DNA of 64,000 nucleotides. Source: an uncultured delta proteobacterium (GTDB lineage Bacteria; Desulfobacterota; Syntrophorhabdia; Syntrophorhabdales; WCHB1-27). The stretch spans positions 128,001 to 192,000 of the forward strand of contig CAWEPK010000007.1 of the NCBI GenBank assembly GCA_963810935.1. The letters run 5' to 3'. A model generated the notes under the pieces. The model was not told the DNA's origin. It did not search any database and saw only the letters and a list, made by a program, of their open reading frames with translations. The position numbers were made by a program, and so were the translations under genes. Of this stretch, positions 38,267 through 48,045 are shown piece by piece (position 1 is the first letter of the stretch; the number at the start of each line of letters is the position of its first letter).

Positions 38267-38296
38267 AGGGGCCGCGAGCAAATCGCGGCCCCTTTT
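38267..38296 (+). terminator. Rho-independent terminator of the tRNA
   Basis: AGGGGCCGCGA-GCAAA-TCGCGGCCCCT-TTT. Confidence 0.88.
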
Positions 38297-38503
38297 CATT
38301 TCACTTTACCCCCCCATTGTGAAGTAAATGTGAAGCACGGGCCCTGCCCGAGGGCTTCGCTCAACACGTCCACGGATTTCGGTAAGCAAACGAAGTCGCG
38401 GAACGAGCTTTTTATCGGACGCTCAAGAGTTCGGGGCGATCGGGTTTGGCTGGGATACGCAATTCCATTTCACCTGAGTATCAGGAGAGTTACAAAAATT
38501 TAC

Positions 38504-38559
38504 TTGACAAAGGTATACGGGTTATAGATATGATTGAAAACAAATATGTGATCACATAT
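38504..38559 (+). promoter_or_regulatory. Promoter and probable GntR operator
   Basis: TTGACA at 38504; perfect 16-bp palindrome ATATGTGATCACATAT (38544-38559) abutting the ATG at 38560. Confidence 0.7.
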
Positions 38560-39288
38560 ATGCACATTGATAAGATAACAACAAAAACGCTCCGCCAGCA
38601 AATTTACGATCAACTCCGCAAGAAGATCATTGCAGCCGAAATCCTTCCAGGACAGGTTGTGACGATCCAGGGGCTCGCCAAACAATTCGAGGTGAGCGTC
38701 ATGCCGGTGAGAGAGGCCCTATGGCAGCTTGAATCGGAAGGGGTGGTCGTCATCGAAAGCAATAAATCGATCCACGTAAATGCCCTGAGACGAAACGAGA
38801 TGGAGGAAATCCTCGACCTCCGGCTGATCCTCGAAGCGATTGCGGCCGAAAGGGCTTGCAGCCGCATAACGGAGCAGGGACTGCGGAAAATGGCAAGTCT
38901 CCTCAACGAGATGAAGAAGGCTTCAGGGAAACCCGACAAATTCCTGCTTCTTAACAGCGGGTTTCATTTTACCCTGTATTCATACGCAGGCTCGCCCTCA
39001 CTGCTCAGGATAATCGATTCGCTGTGGGCGCGGGTCGGCCCATACATGACGATGGGATTGGAAAAGGTGGACCACAAGGAGATCGCCGTCAGGACACATG
39101 AAGCCATGTGCAGGGCGCTTTTGGAGAAGGACCCGGAAGGACTCAAGGCGTGGCTGCTGGAAGACCTCAAGCAGGCAGCGAGGATCATCACCCCCCTTCT
39201 GGAAGATCCGGAGGACACAGGAAAAGGGAAGGCCGTCAGGAAGGGCCACGCCCAGGGGACTGTCGCCAGGGCACGGACGTTCCGATGA
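38560..39288 (+). CDS. GntR family regulator (FCD domain)
   Basis: IYDQLRKKI....ILPG, LAKQFEVSVMPVREAL..LESEG, NSGFHFTLY. Start chosen at ATG 38560. Confidence 0.9.
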   Translation: MHIDKITTKTLRQQIYDQLRKKIIAAEILPGQVVTIQGLAKQFEVSVMPVREALWQLESEGVVVIESNKSIHVNALRRNEMEEILDLRLILEAIAAERACSRITEQGLRKMASLLNEMKKASGKPDKFLLLNSGFHFTLYSYAGSPSLLRIIDSLWARVGPYMTMGLEKVDHKEIAVRTHEAMCRALLEKDPEGLKAWLLEDLKQAARIITPLLEDPEDTGKGKAVRKGHAQGTVARARTFR

Positions 39289-39330
39289 CGCGGCTCGGCC
39301 TCCGGCGATAAACACTGGCAGGAATTTTCG

Positions 39331-40200
39331 ATGGAATGGGTCACTACCGCTATAATCTACACCCTGCACGGCCTTGTCTACGGCATGGTCCTCTTCCTGC
39401 TCGCCTCGGGTCTCACGTTGATTTTCGGCATGATGGGGGTCCTGAATTTCGCCCACGGGGCGCTCTACATGCTGGGCGCCTACGTATCGTTCTCGGTGCT
39501 GGTCTGGACGGGACAATTCTGGCTCAGCCTCATTATTGCCCCGGTAGTCGTGGGTCTCGTCGGCGTCTTCATGGAGCGTTTCTTCCTCAGAAGGGTGCAT
39601 GCCTTCGGACACGTTTCGGAGCTATTACTGACATTCGGCATCGCTTATGTCCTTGAGGATGTCGTCAAGCTGATATGGGGCACCGAACCCCTGAAAGTGG
39701 ACATACCGGCGATACTGTCGGGCTCGGTACCCATCATGGGCACGCCTTTCCCCGTATATCGCCTCTTCATCCTGCTCGTCGCTTTTCTGGTCTTCGTCTT
39801 TCTCTTCCTGATCCTCTACCGGACCAGGGCGGGCATCATAGTGCGGGCTGCAGTGGCGAACAAGGACATGGTGGATGCCCTCGGTTTCAATGTGCCCATG
39901 GTATTCCTGCTTCTTTTCGGGGTGGGCGCCTGGCTCGCGGGGTTGGCGGGCGTAGTGGGCGGCCCCTATCTGATTACCCATCCGGCGATGGGCAGCGCCA
40001 TACTCCTGGACCTGTTCGTGGTTGTCGTCGTCGGCGGCATGGGGTCGATCCAGGGCGCACTCCTCGCGGCCTTCCTGATCGGCCAGCTCCAGTCTTTCGG
40101 CATTCTTTTCCTGCCCCAGGCAGCCCTTATCTTTGAGTTCCTGTTGATGGCGGTTGTCCTGATCCTCAAGCCTGAGGGCCTCCTGGGAGAGAAGTTATGA
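39331..40200 (+). CDS. Branched-chain amino acid-type ABC permease (LivH-like)
   Basis: GLTLIFGMMGVLNFAHG, VVVVVGGMGS, KPEGLLG. Confidence 0.93.
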   Translation: MEWVTTAIIYTLHGLVYGMVLFLLASGLTLIFGMMGVLNFAHGALYMLGAYVSFSVLVWTGQFWLSLIIAPVVVGLVGVFMERFFLRRVHAFGHVSELLLTFGIAYVLEDVVKLIWGTEPLKVDIPAILSGSVPIMGTPFPVYRLFILLVAFLVFVFLFLILYRTRAGIIVRAAVANKDMVDALGFNVPMVFLLLFGVGAWLAGLAGVVGGPYLITHPAMGSAILLDLFVVVVVGGMGSIQGALLAAFLIGQLQSFGILFLPQAALIFEFLLMAVVLILKPEGLLGEKL

Positions 40201-41198
40201 GCAGAAGCAGGATTCTGACGATATGCGCGCTGGCCTGTCTCGCCGTGGTGCTGATCCTTTTGCCGAAGCTGCTCTCGGAGTACCTCCTCAGCCTCGTCAT
40301 TACTATGATTATCTACTCGCTGTTTGCCGTCAGCTTCAACATCCTCTTCGGCTACGCGGGCCTTCTCACGTTCGGCCATGCCGCTTATTTTGGGATGGGG
40401 GCTTACGTTGCGATCATCGCCTACAAGTTCTTCGAGGCGCCGCTGCTTGCCGGTATCCTCGGCGGGGCCGTCTTCGGCTGTCTCCTGGGCGCCTGTTTCG
40501 GCATATTCCTTTCCCGGTTCCGGGGCATGACCTTCGCGCTGCTTACGGTTGCTTTCAACCAATTCATTTTTACGGCCGCCGACAAATGGCGCGCGGTCAC
40601 GAACGGGGATGACGGCATGTCAGGCACCCGTCCCGACCTTCATATACCCGGCCTAGGTACCATCGATATGCTCTCCCAAACCAACTGGTACTACTTCGTC
40701 CTGGTAATTGCCGCCCTCTGTATGGGCTACTGCTATTTCTTCACGAAGACGCCGCTGGGCAAGCTCAATGTCTGCATCAGGGAGAACGAAGAAAGGGCCG
40801 GATTCATCGGATACAATACGTTCGCGACGAAGTTCTGGATATACGTGATATCGACTTTCTTCGCCGGCCTTGCGGGGGCGCTCGCTTCCTCGTATCAGGA
40901 GTTCGTGGCGACCACCTACATCCATCCCGATAAGGGCTCCGACCCGCTCATGATGACATTCGTCGGGGGCAGCAGCGCCTTCTGGGGGCCTATAGTCGGG
41001 GCGTGCTTTCTCACGTACCTGAACGATGCCTTGAGCACTATGACGAAGCACTGGCGCATAGTCCAGGGTATCCTCTTCATCGTGCTCGTCCTGTACGCGC
41101 CCCAGGGGATAATCGGCCTGCTCGGCCGGGCGAAAGGATGGCTCAAGGAACGCTTCCGCGCCAAGGAACAGGCGCATCTGGACGTCGAAAGAGGTTGA
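40197..41198 (+). CDS. Branched-chain amino acid-type ABC permease (LivM-like)
   Basis: NILFGYAGLLTFGHAAYFG, TNGDDG, IRENEERA..IGY, PQGI.G. Confidence 0.93.
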   Translation: MSRSRILTICALACLAVVLILLPKLLSEYLLSLVITMIIYSLFAVSFNILFGYAGLLTFGHAAYFGMGAYVAIIAYKFFEAPLLAGILGGAVFGCLLGACFGIFLSRFRGMTFALLTVAFNQFIFTAADKWRAVTNGDDGMSGTRPDLHIPGLGTIDMLSQTNWYYFVLVIAALCMGYCYFFTKTPLGKLNVCIRENEERAGFIGYNTFATKFWIYVISTFFAGLAGALASSYQEFVATTYIHPDKGSDPLMMTFVGGSSAFWGPIVGACFLTYLNDALSTMTKHWRIVQGILFIVLVLYAPQGIIGLLGRAKGWLKERFRAKEQAHLDVERG

Positions 41199-41202
41199 GC
41201 CG

Positions 41203-41964
41203 ATGAGCAACACAATCCTGGAAGCAATCGACGTTCGCAAAAGCTTTGGGAAGACAACGATCATCGACGGCTTCTCGCTGGCCATCGAACGGGGCAGCAG
41301 GCACGCCATCATCGGGCCCAACGGAGCGGGCAAGACTACGCTTTTCAACCTGTTCAGCGGCCGTTACGAGCCGACTTCAGGCCGCATCGTGCTCAACGAC
41401 CACGACATCACCGGCCTCGCCCCGTACAAAATCAACCGCCTGGGCATGGCGCGGTCCTTCCAGATCACCAATATCTTTCCTAAGCTGACTGTCTACGAGA
41501 ACGTCCGTTCCGTCGTAATGGCCAAACACCGGGTTTACTTCAATTTTGTCAGGCATATCGCCTGCTGGAAAAAGGTTGCAATCGAGACGGACGCACTCCT
41601 GGAAAAGACGGGACTCACCGGCAAGAAGGAGACGCTCGCCGGCAATCTGGCCTATGGCGAGCAAAGGGCGCTGGAAATCGCTCTCACCGTGGCTTCCGAC
41701 CCGGAGCTGATCCTTCTCGATGAGCCGACTGCCGGCATGTCTGTTGATGAGACCCGCGAGGCCATAAAACTGATCGGCGACGTGGCGGAGGGCAAGACGC
41801 TTCTGATTATAGAGCACGACATGGAGGTCATATTCAATATTGCAGACACGATCACCGTCCTTCAGTACGGGAAGGTTCTGGCCACGGGCTCACCCGATGA
41901 TATTCGCAATGACCCGAAGGTAAAGGAAGCCTATCTGGGAGACCAGGACGTATGTTACAGCTAA
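41203..41964 (+). CDS. ABC ATPase (LivG-like)
   Basis: GPNGAGKTT, ARSFQI, LAYGEQR, LLDEPTAG, IEHDM, V.EAYLG. Confidence 0.94.
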   Translation: MSNTILEAIDVRKSFGKTTIIDGFSLAIERGSRHAIIGPNGAGKTTLFNLFSGRYEPTSGRIVLNDHDITGLAPYKINRLGMARSFQITNIFPKLTVYENVRSVVMAKHRVYFNFVRHIACWKKVAIETDALLEKTGLTGKKETLAGNLAYGEQRALEIALTVASDPELILLDEPTAGMSVDETREAIKLIGDVAEGKTLLIIEHDMEVIFNIADTITVLQYGKVLATGSPDDIRNDPKVKEAYLGDQDVCYS

Positions 41965-42662
41965 CCGACGTTAATACCTATTACGGGAAAAGCCACGTTC
42001 TTTTCGGTATCTCGATGGAGGTAAGAAAGGGTGAGATCGTAGGCCTTTTAGGGCGAAACGGCGTCGGCAAGACAACTACCCTGAGAACCATTATCGGCCT
42101 TACGCCTCCGGCAACAGGCTCGATACGCGTACAGGGACAGGAGATTACCGGGAAAAAACCGCACCAGATAGCCATGTCAGGCGTAGGATTCGTACCGGAG
42201 GAACGGTGTATTTTTCCCAACCTCACCGTCCACCAGAACCTCGTTATGGGCATAAAACCGGGCTGCTACGGAAAGAGAGTCGAAAAGGGCTGGGACATAG
42301 ACGGCTGTTACCGGCACTTCCCCATGCTGGAACGGAAAAGCCGCCAGCGGGGAGGCACGCTCTCCGGCGGTGAGATGCAGATACTGACAATAGCCCGGAG
42401 CCTGATGGGCAACCCGGACCTTATCATGATCGACGAACCGACCGAGGGCTTAAGCCCGCTGATGGTGGCAGAAGTAAGCAAGCTCGTAAAAGAGATCCAC
42501 GCGTCAGGCGCCACCGTTCTTCTCGTGGAGCAGAAGCTGCCCCTCGTGCTCGGCCTCGCGGACCGTGTCTACGTCATGAGCAAAGGCCTGATTCAATGGG
42601 AGGGCACGCCCGGCGAGTTGAAAGGACGGGACGATATATGCAAGCGATATCTGGAGGTTTGA
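41952..42662 (+). CDS. ABC ATPase (LivF-like)
   Basis: GRNGVGKTT, VPEER.IF, LSGGE.Q, DEPTEGL.P, LVEQ. Confidence 0.94.
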   Translation: MLQLTDVNTYYGKSHVLFGISMEVRKGEIVGLLGRNGVGKTTTLRTIIGLTPPATGSIRVQGQEITGKKPHQIAMSGVGFVPEERCIFPNLTVHQNLVMGIKPGCYGKRVEKGWDIDGCYRHFPMLERKSRQRGGTLSGGEMQILTIARSLMGNPDLIMIDEPTEGLSPLMVAEVSKLVKEIHASGATVLLVEQKLPLVLGLADRVYVMSKGLIQWEGTPGELKGRDDICKRYLEV

Positions 42663-42778
42663 GGCGCTGATTTAAAGTAGCGGGCGTTCCTTTCGGGATT
42701 ATATGGAAGTCGTGGCTCCCTGAACGTAACCCGGGTAAGTCCTGAGGACGTCCGGGACGAGAAAAAAAGGAGGTATCG

Positions 42779-43987
42779 ATGAAGAGGTTCTGCCTGGTTC
42801 TGGCCGTGCTGTTCAGTATTGCCCTGCCGGCGAGTGGCTCGCATGCCGCGCCGCCGGTTAAATTCGGCTACGACGACGTCCGCTCCGGTCCTTTCAAAAA
42901 CAACGGCGACATGGCCCTCATCGGCATGGAGACGGCGATAAAGGAAATCAATAGGAACGGGGGTCTCCTCGGGCGCCAGATCGAGCTGGCCATCGAGGAC
43001 AACCAGATGAACCCTGAAATGGCTGTCCAGAAACTCAAAAAGTTGATCCTCGAGGACAAGGTAGCGGTTGTTTTCCACCAATCCTCCTCATCTATCGCCC
43101 TGGCCATCGCCCAGACGATACCGCGATACAAGACGATCTACGTCTGTGAGGGGGCGGGGACCATGGGGCCCACCACGGAGAACTACAGCCCTTACGTCTT
43201 CCGCACGACGGGGAACGTCATACAGTACCTTAAGGGGCACGCTGCTTACTTCGCCAAAGAGAAGAAGTACAAGAAAGTTTTTCTGATCAATTTCGACAAC
43301 GCCCTGGGCCATGACGTGGCGAAGTACTACGAATCGTTCATCAAGCAGGTCTCGCCGTCCACCCAGGTCGTAGGCTCCGAATTCCACCCGGTTTTCACTA
43401 AAGACTTTGCTCCTTACCTGACCAAGATAAAGGCGTCGGGCGCCGATTACATCTTTACCTGCGACTGGGGCACCGATCTCATCCAGATCGTGAAGCAGGG
43501 AAGGAGCATGGGGTTGACTGCGCCTGTCGCGGGCATCTTTCTGGCGGATGCAAACGGTTTGCCTGTGATGGGGGATTCCGCCATCGGGTCGGTTGCCGCA
43601 ACTTTTATGCTGCTGGGCACGAACAGCCCCAAGGCGAAGCAGTTCGAGGAGACTTTTTACAAAGAGACGAAAACCTGGCCCGTAGAGCAGATCTACCAGG
43701 GATGGAGCGGGGTCATGATGTACGCGGCTGCGGTCAGGAAGGCCGGCTCTTTCGACACGCAGAAGGTGATAAAGGCGTGGGAAGGCCTCGAATGGGACGG
43801 CCCGTACGGAAAGGTGCTGATGCGGGCGCAGGACCACCAAGCCATATTGCCCTTGTACGTCGGGAAGGTCGAGGGGAAAACCAGATATTTTGATTATCCC
43901 TATTTCACGCCGGTAATGACTGTACCGCGAGAGCAGACCGAGTACAAACCGGAGGATTACGGGTGGAAACCCTATAAGGGAAGATAG
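42779..43987 (+). CDS. ABC substrate-binding protein (LivK/PBP1 family)
   Basis: Signal peptide; EINRNGGLLGRQIEL..ED, PYVFR, DFAPYL.KI, MRAQDHQ. Confidence 0.92.
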   Translation: MKRFCLVLAVLFSIALPASGSHAAPPVKFGYDDVRSGPFKNNGDMALIGMETAIKEINRNGGLLGRQIELAIEDNQMNPEMAVQKLKKLILEDKVAVVFHQSSSSIALAIAQTIPRYKTIYVCEGAGTMGPTTENYSPYVFRTTGNVIQYLKGHAAYFAKEKKYKKVFLINFDNALGHDVAKYYESFIKQVSPSTQVVGSEFHPVFTKDFAPYLTKIKASGADYIFTCDWGTDLIQIVKQGRSMGLTAPVAGIFLADANGLPVMGDSAIGSVAATFMLLGTNSPKAKQFEETFYKETKTWPVEQIYQGWSGVMMYAAAVRKAGSFDTQKVIKAWEGLEWDGPYGKVLMRAQDHQAILPLYVGKVEGKTRYFDYPYFTPVMTVPREQTEYKPEDYGWKPYKGR

Positions 43988-44027
43988 GACCGCCCAAACG
44001 GAAGATGAACGGCAAACGGAGGTCGCG

Positions 44028-45732
44028 ATGTCGATTATGACGGGAGGAGAAGCGGTCGTAGAGGTCCTGAAGGCGGAAGGCGTAAAGTTCGTGTTCGGCC
44101 TTCCGGGCGGCCACACGCTGCCCATTTACGACGGACTTTATCACACGCCGGAGATCAGGCATATCCTGGTCAGGCACGAACAGTCGGCCGCCAGCATGGC
44201 TGCGGCATACGCAATACTGACAGGAGAGGCAGGGGTCTGCTGCGCCACGGCCGGACCGGGCGCCACAAACCTTATAACGGGGATAGTAGAGGCCTACGAA
44301 GGCTGCCTTCCTGTGATCATTCTTGCCGGCCGGGGCATCACCCGCAACGCACTGCGGGGCGCCTCTCAGGAGATACCGCAGGACAAGATATTTGCTCCTA
44401 TCACGAAATGGACGGTAAGAGTGGACCGTCCCGATACCATCGTTGAGATAATGGGGCGCGCCTTTGCCATTGCCACATCGGGAAAGCCGGGCCCTGTACT
44501 GGTCGATTTTCCTAAGGACATGCTGTCGGCCTCGATAGAGTTCGACAAATATGTACCTGTCGGGAAGCCGCCGAGGGCAAGGGGGGATGCCGAGCTTATC
44601 AAACGTGCGGTGAAGCGGCTTGTAAATTCCTCCCGGCCGATAGTCATTGCAGGGGGAGGCACGGTGGCATCAGGCGCTTTCGATGAGCTGAAGGAACTCG
44701 CCGAGACGTTCGCCCTCCCCGTTTTGACAAGCCTGTCAGGGAGGACGTCTCTGCCGGACGACCATCCGCTTGCGGCCGGCGGGATGGGTTTTCATCGTAC
44801 ATCGGTTTCCAGGAAGCTCCTGGCTGAAGCCGATTTCATCCTGGGCCTGGGTTGCCGCTTTGGTGAGATGGAGACAAACTGGGGCCCTGCCTATTCTCCG
44901 GCCCCTGGCGCTTGCTTCGTCCAGGTGGACGCCGATCCTAGCGAGATGAGGCACAGCTTTGTCCCGGACATCGCCATCATGGGCGATATCAAACTCGTGC
45001 TGAAGGATATGCTGCACGCGGCCGGGGAAGAGGGAATCGATTACAGAAACTCTTACCTGGAGCTGCCCCGCGTCAAGGAGTCTCGCCGACGCGAAGAAGG
45101 GCCTGGAAAAAGAGATAGCGTTGGCGGCGCGCTCCAACGAACGGCCGATGAACGCCATACAGGTTGTCGCCGAGGTGCGAAAGGCCTTCCCCAGGGAGAC
45201 GACAACTGCGATAGACGTCGGCTGTCTCGCCCAGGCCCTGGGCGGAGCCTACCCCTATTTTAACGTGTACGAGCCCCGGTCGTGCATACCGTGCACCAGC
45301 TTCTATGCCATGGGATTTGCTACGGCAGCACTTCCCGTGGCAAAGCTCGTCCATCCGGATAGGCCCGCAGTGGGGTTCTGCGGCGACGGATCGTTCCAGA
45401 TGGTGATGGACGTGATGCTGGTGGCTGTGGAGCACCGCCTGCCGGTCACCTGGTGTATCCTTAACAACCAAAGCCTGGGCTCCATAAGAGACAGCCAGGA
45501 CAGGGTGTACGAGGGCCGGTACATCGGGACCGTTTTTGAGGTCATGCCCGATTTCGTTAAGATGGCAGAGGCGTGCCATTGTTACGGGGAAAAGGTCGAG
45601 GACCCGGAACAGATAGGCGAGGCGCTGAAGCGGGCCATAGATGCAAATAAGAGGGGCATCCCGGCCGTTCTCGATTTTGTGGTAAGCAGAAAGGAGCCGC
45701 AAGGGGCCGTCGATTTCTTTTTGGGGAGGTAG
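44028..45732 (+). CDS. Thiamine-diphosphate enzyme (acetolactate synthase/benzaldehyde lyase-like); +1 frameshift near 45081
   Basis: VFGLPGG, VRHEQSA, TAGPGATN in the first frame; GDGSFQM...LNN TPP motif in the second. Removing T45081 gives one 567-aa ORF. Confidence 0.88.
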
Positions 45733-45790
45733 CGCAAAGAATCCGGCCGGGGAAAGATCGTGAAGCGGGTCCGCATGGGAGGAAGTCTTT

Positions 45791-46573
45791 ATGAGACTGA
45801 AAGATAAAGTCGCCATTGTGACGGGCGGTGCAAGCGGCATAGGCAGGGAGATTGCGCTCGCCTTTGGCGAGGAGGGCGCCGTAGTCGTTATAGCCGACAT
45901 CGACGTGGCCGGAATGGAGAAGACCGTCCGGGATATAGAGGCGGCGGGAGGCAGGGCAGACTTTTTGGAGACCGACCTGGCGCACGAAGGGCAAATAAAG
46001 GCAATGGCGGCCCGGACCATCGAAAAGTTCGGCACTATAAATGTGCTCGTGAACAACGCGGCCATACCGGGCGTCCGGGCCGATGTGGCTGACATAGACC
46101 TTGAGGGCTGGAACAAGGCTATCGGCGTCAACCTTACGGGGCCGCTCCTTTGTTCGCGGGAGGTACTGAAGCCGATGATGGCGTCCCGCAGCGGCGCGAT
46201 CGTCAATATCACCTCAGAAGGAGGCAGGTCGGGTTTCCCCGGACGGGCGGCTTACTCCATCACGAAGCGGGGCATCATAGCCCTGACAGAGACCTTGGCT
46301 ATAGAGGCCGGGGTATATGGTATAAGGGTAAACGCGATCAGCCCCGGCAGGGTCATCACGAACATGCTTAAAGAGTCGGTGCGGCTCATGGCCCGGTCCG
46401 GCAATGTGCCTGAGGAGGAAGTCCGGGAGGGCTTGATTGCCGATTGTTCGCTGAAGCGGTTTGTGGAGGCATCAGAGGTGGCGAAGGCAGCCGTATTCCT
46501 GGCGTGCGACGAATCGAGCGCGATAACCGGCCATACCCTCGTCGTCAGTTGCGGCAAGCACGTCATGCACTAG
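45791..46573 (+). CDS. SDR family oxidoreductase
   Basis: TGGASGIG, NNAA, YSITK, VNAISPG. Confidence 0.93.
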   Translation: MRLKDKVAIVTGGASGIGREIALAFGEEGAVVVIADIDVAGMEKTVRDIEAAGGRADFLETDLAHEGQIKAMAARTIEKFGTINVLVNNAAIPGVRADVADIDLEGWNKAIGVNLTGPLLCSREVLKPMMASRSGAIVNITSEGGRSGFPGRAAYSITKRGIIALTETLAIEAGVYGIRVNAISPGRVITNMLKESVRLMARSGNVPEEEVREGLIADCSLKRFVEASEVAKAAVFLACDESSAITGHTLVVSCGKHVMH

Positions 46574-46676
46574 GCGGGACCGACAAAGATCGGTGCCGGC
46601 ACGCCCTGCGAGCCTATATGGAGGTCCCGGTCTCCCGAGGTCAGGCGAAATTGCGGCTCAAAAGGAGAAGCAAACA

Positions 46677-47432
46677 ATGGATTACCTGAATCTTACCGGT
46701 CGTACCGCGATCGTCACGGGCGGGGCCCAAGGCATCGGGCTTGCGATTGCGAGGCGTCTCGCCGCCGCCGGTGCTTCCGTTTCCGTTGCGGATATAAACC
46801 TCCCTGAAGCAAAGAAGGCCGCGCTCGATATGTCGAAAGAAGGCTATGATGCGGCCGCTTTCGCCTGCGACGTCTCCGATTCCTCATCGGTGGCGCGCAT
46901 GGTCGACGACGTGCTCGCAAAATTCGGTAAAGTGGATATCCTCGTCAATAATGCGGGTATCGGCGGCCGCCAGGTTCCGATGCACGAACAGACAGACGAT
47001 GAATGGCAACGCGTGATCGGCGTCGACCTGACGGGTGTCTTTTACTGTTGTAGGGCCGTTATCCCGCACATGATGAGCCGTTCCTACGGCCGCATTGTGA
47101 CCGTGTCCAGCATAGCGGGCAAAGAGGGAAGCCCTAACCTGCTCCCTTACAGCGCGGCCAAAGCAGGGGCCATCGGCCTTACAAAAGCGTTGGCGAAAGA
47201 AGTGGCCGGATACAACATACTGGTCAACGCGGTAACGCCGGGTATGACGGAGACACCGCTCCTGGAGGAGATGCCTGTCGAGAGGCAAAATGCGCTGCTC
47301 GAGCGCACCCCAATCGCCCGGTTTGCGAAGCCCGGGGAGATAGCCGCCATGGTCCATTGGCTCGCGTCCGGCGAGGTCAGCTTTACAACCGGGTCTGTGT
47401 TCGACATATCCGGAGGAAGGGCTTCGTATTAG
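46677..47432 (+). CDS. SDR family oxidoreductase
   Basis: AAGGAG RBS; TGGAQGIG, NNAG, YSAAK, VNAVTPG, DISGGRASY. Confidence 0.93.
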   Translation: MDYLNLTGRTAIVTGGAQGIGLAIARRLAAAGASVSVADINLPEAKKAALDMSKEGYDAAAFACDVSDSSSVARMVDDVLAKFGKVDILVNNAGIGGRQVPMHEQTDDEWQRVIGVDLTGVFYCCRAVIPHMMSRSYGRIVTVSSIAGKEGSPNLLPYSAAKAGAIGLTKALAKEVAGYNILVNAVTPGMTETPLLEEMPVERQNALLERTPIARFAKPGEIAAMVHWLASGEVSFTTGSVFDISGGRASY

Positions 47433-47497
47433 GATATACAGCCCTTCCGGACTTCGATACGGCGGGCAAGGGTGATAAAGTTTAGCGGAGGTAACAG

Positions 47498-48001
47498 ATG
47501 ACCGACTTACACTCACTCAAAACGCAACTGGGCCTGCCGCCCATCAGCCAGATCGGCGTAGTCGTGCGGAACGTCGATGAGGCCGCGCGGCACTATTCAT
47601 CGCTTCTCGGCATCGGCCCGTTTACCATTTACGAGTTCAGGCCCGAATCCGATCTTTATAACGGAGAAAGGATGGAAGGGACCATACTCAAGATGGGAAA
47701 GGCCGCCTGGAACGGTATAGAGATGGAACTGATCGAGCCTGTGAAAGGGAGGTCGCCTCACATGGACTGGCTCCGTACGCGAGGCGAAGGCGTGCAACAC
47801 TTCGGCTTCAACGTGGCCGACTTCGACGGCGTATGCGCACGATTCCGCGAGAACGGCTTCAGCCCCATCCTGCAGGGCGCTTCATACGTAGAGGTTTACA
47901 AGGGAAACCTCAGGGCCTGCTACTTCGATACGGACAAGGCTATAGGCGTCATCCTGGAGGTTATCTGGAAGTCGTGGCTGCCGGAGTGCACAACCAAATG
48001 A
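47498..48001 (+). CDS. VOC family protein (methylmalonyl-CoA epimerase-like)
   Basis: QIGVVVRN, EMELIEP, GEGVQHFGF, YFDT...GVILE. Confidence 0.88.
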   Translation: MTDLHSLKTQLGLPPISQIGVVVRNVDEAARHYSSLLGIGPFTIYEFRPESDLYNGERMEGTILKMGKAAWNGIEMELIEPVKGRSPHMDWLRTRGEGVQHFGFNVADFDGVCARFRENGFSPILQGASYVEVYKGNLRACYFDTDKAIGVILEVIWKSWLPECTTK

Positions 48002-48045
48002 ACCTCATAGAGCTTGAAGAAATAGAAGGCTAAGGAGGAGCAGAA

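Noticed and set aside
38182..38300. Integrative element attached at tRNA-Gln
   Set aside because: No integrase or transposase in the window, and I saw no second copy of the tRNA 3' end; the tRNA keeps an ordinary terminator.
45061..45130. Programmed frameshift or phase variation at the split genes
   Set aside because: No slippery heptamer, long homopolymer or short tandem repeat at any of the six sites.
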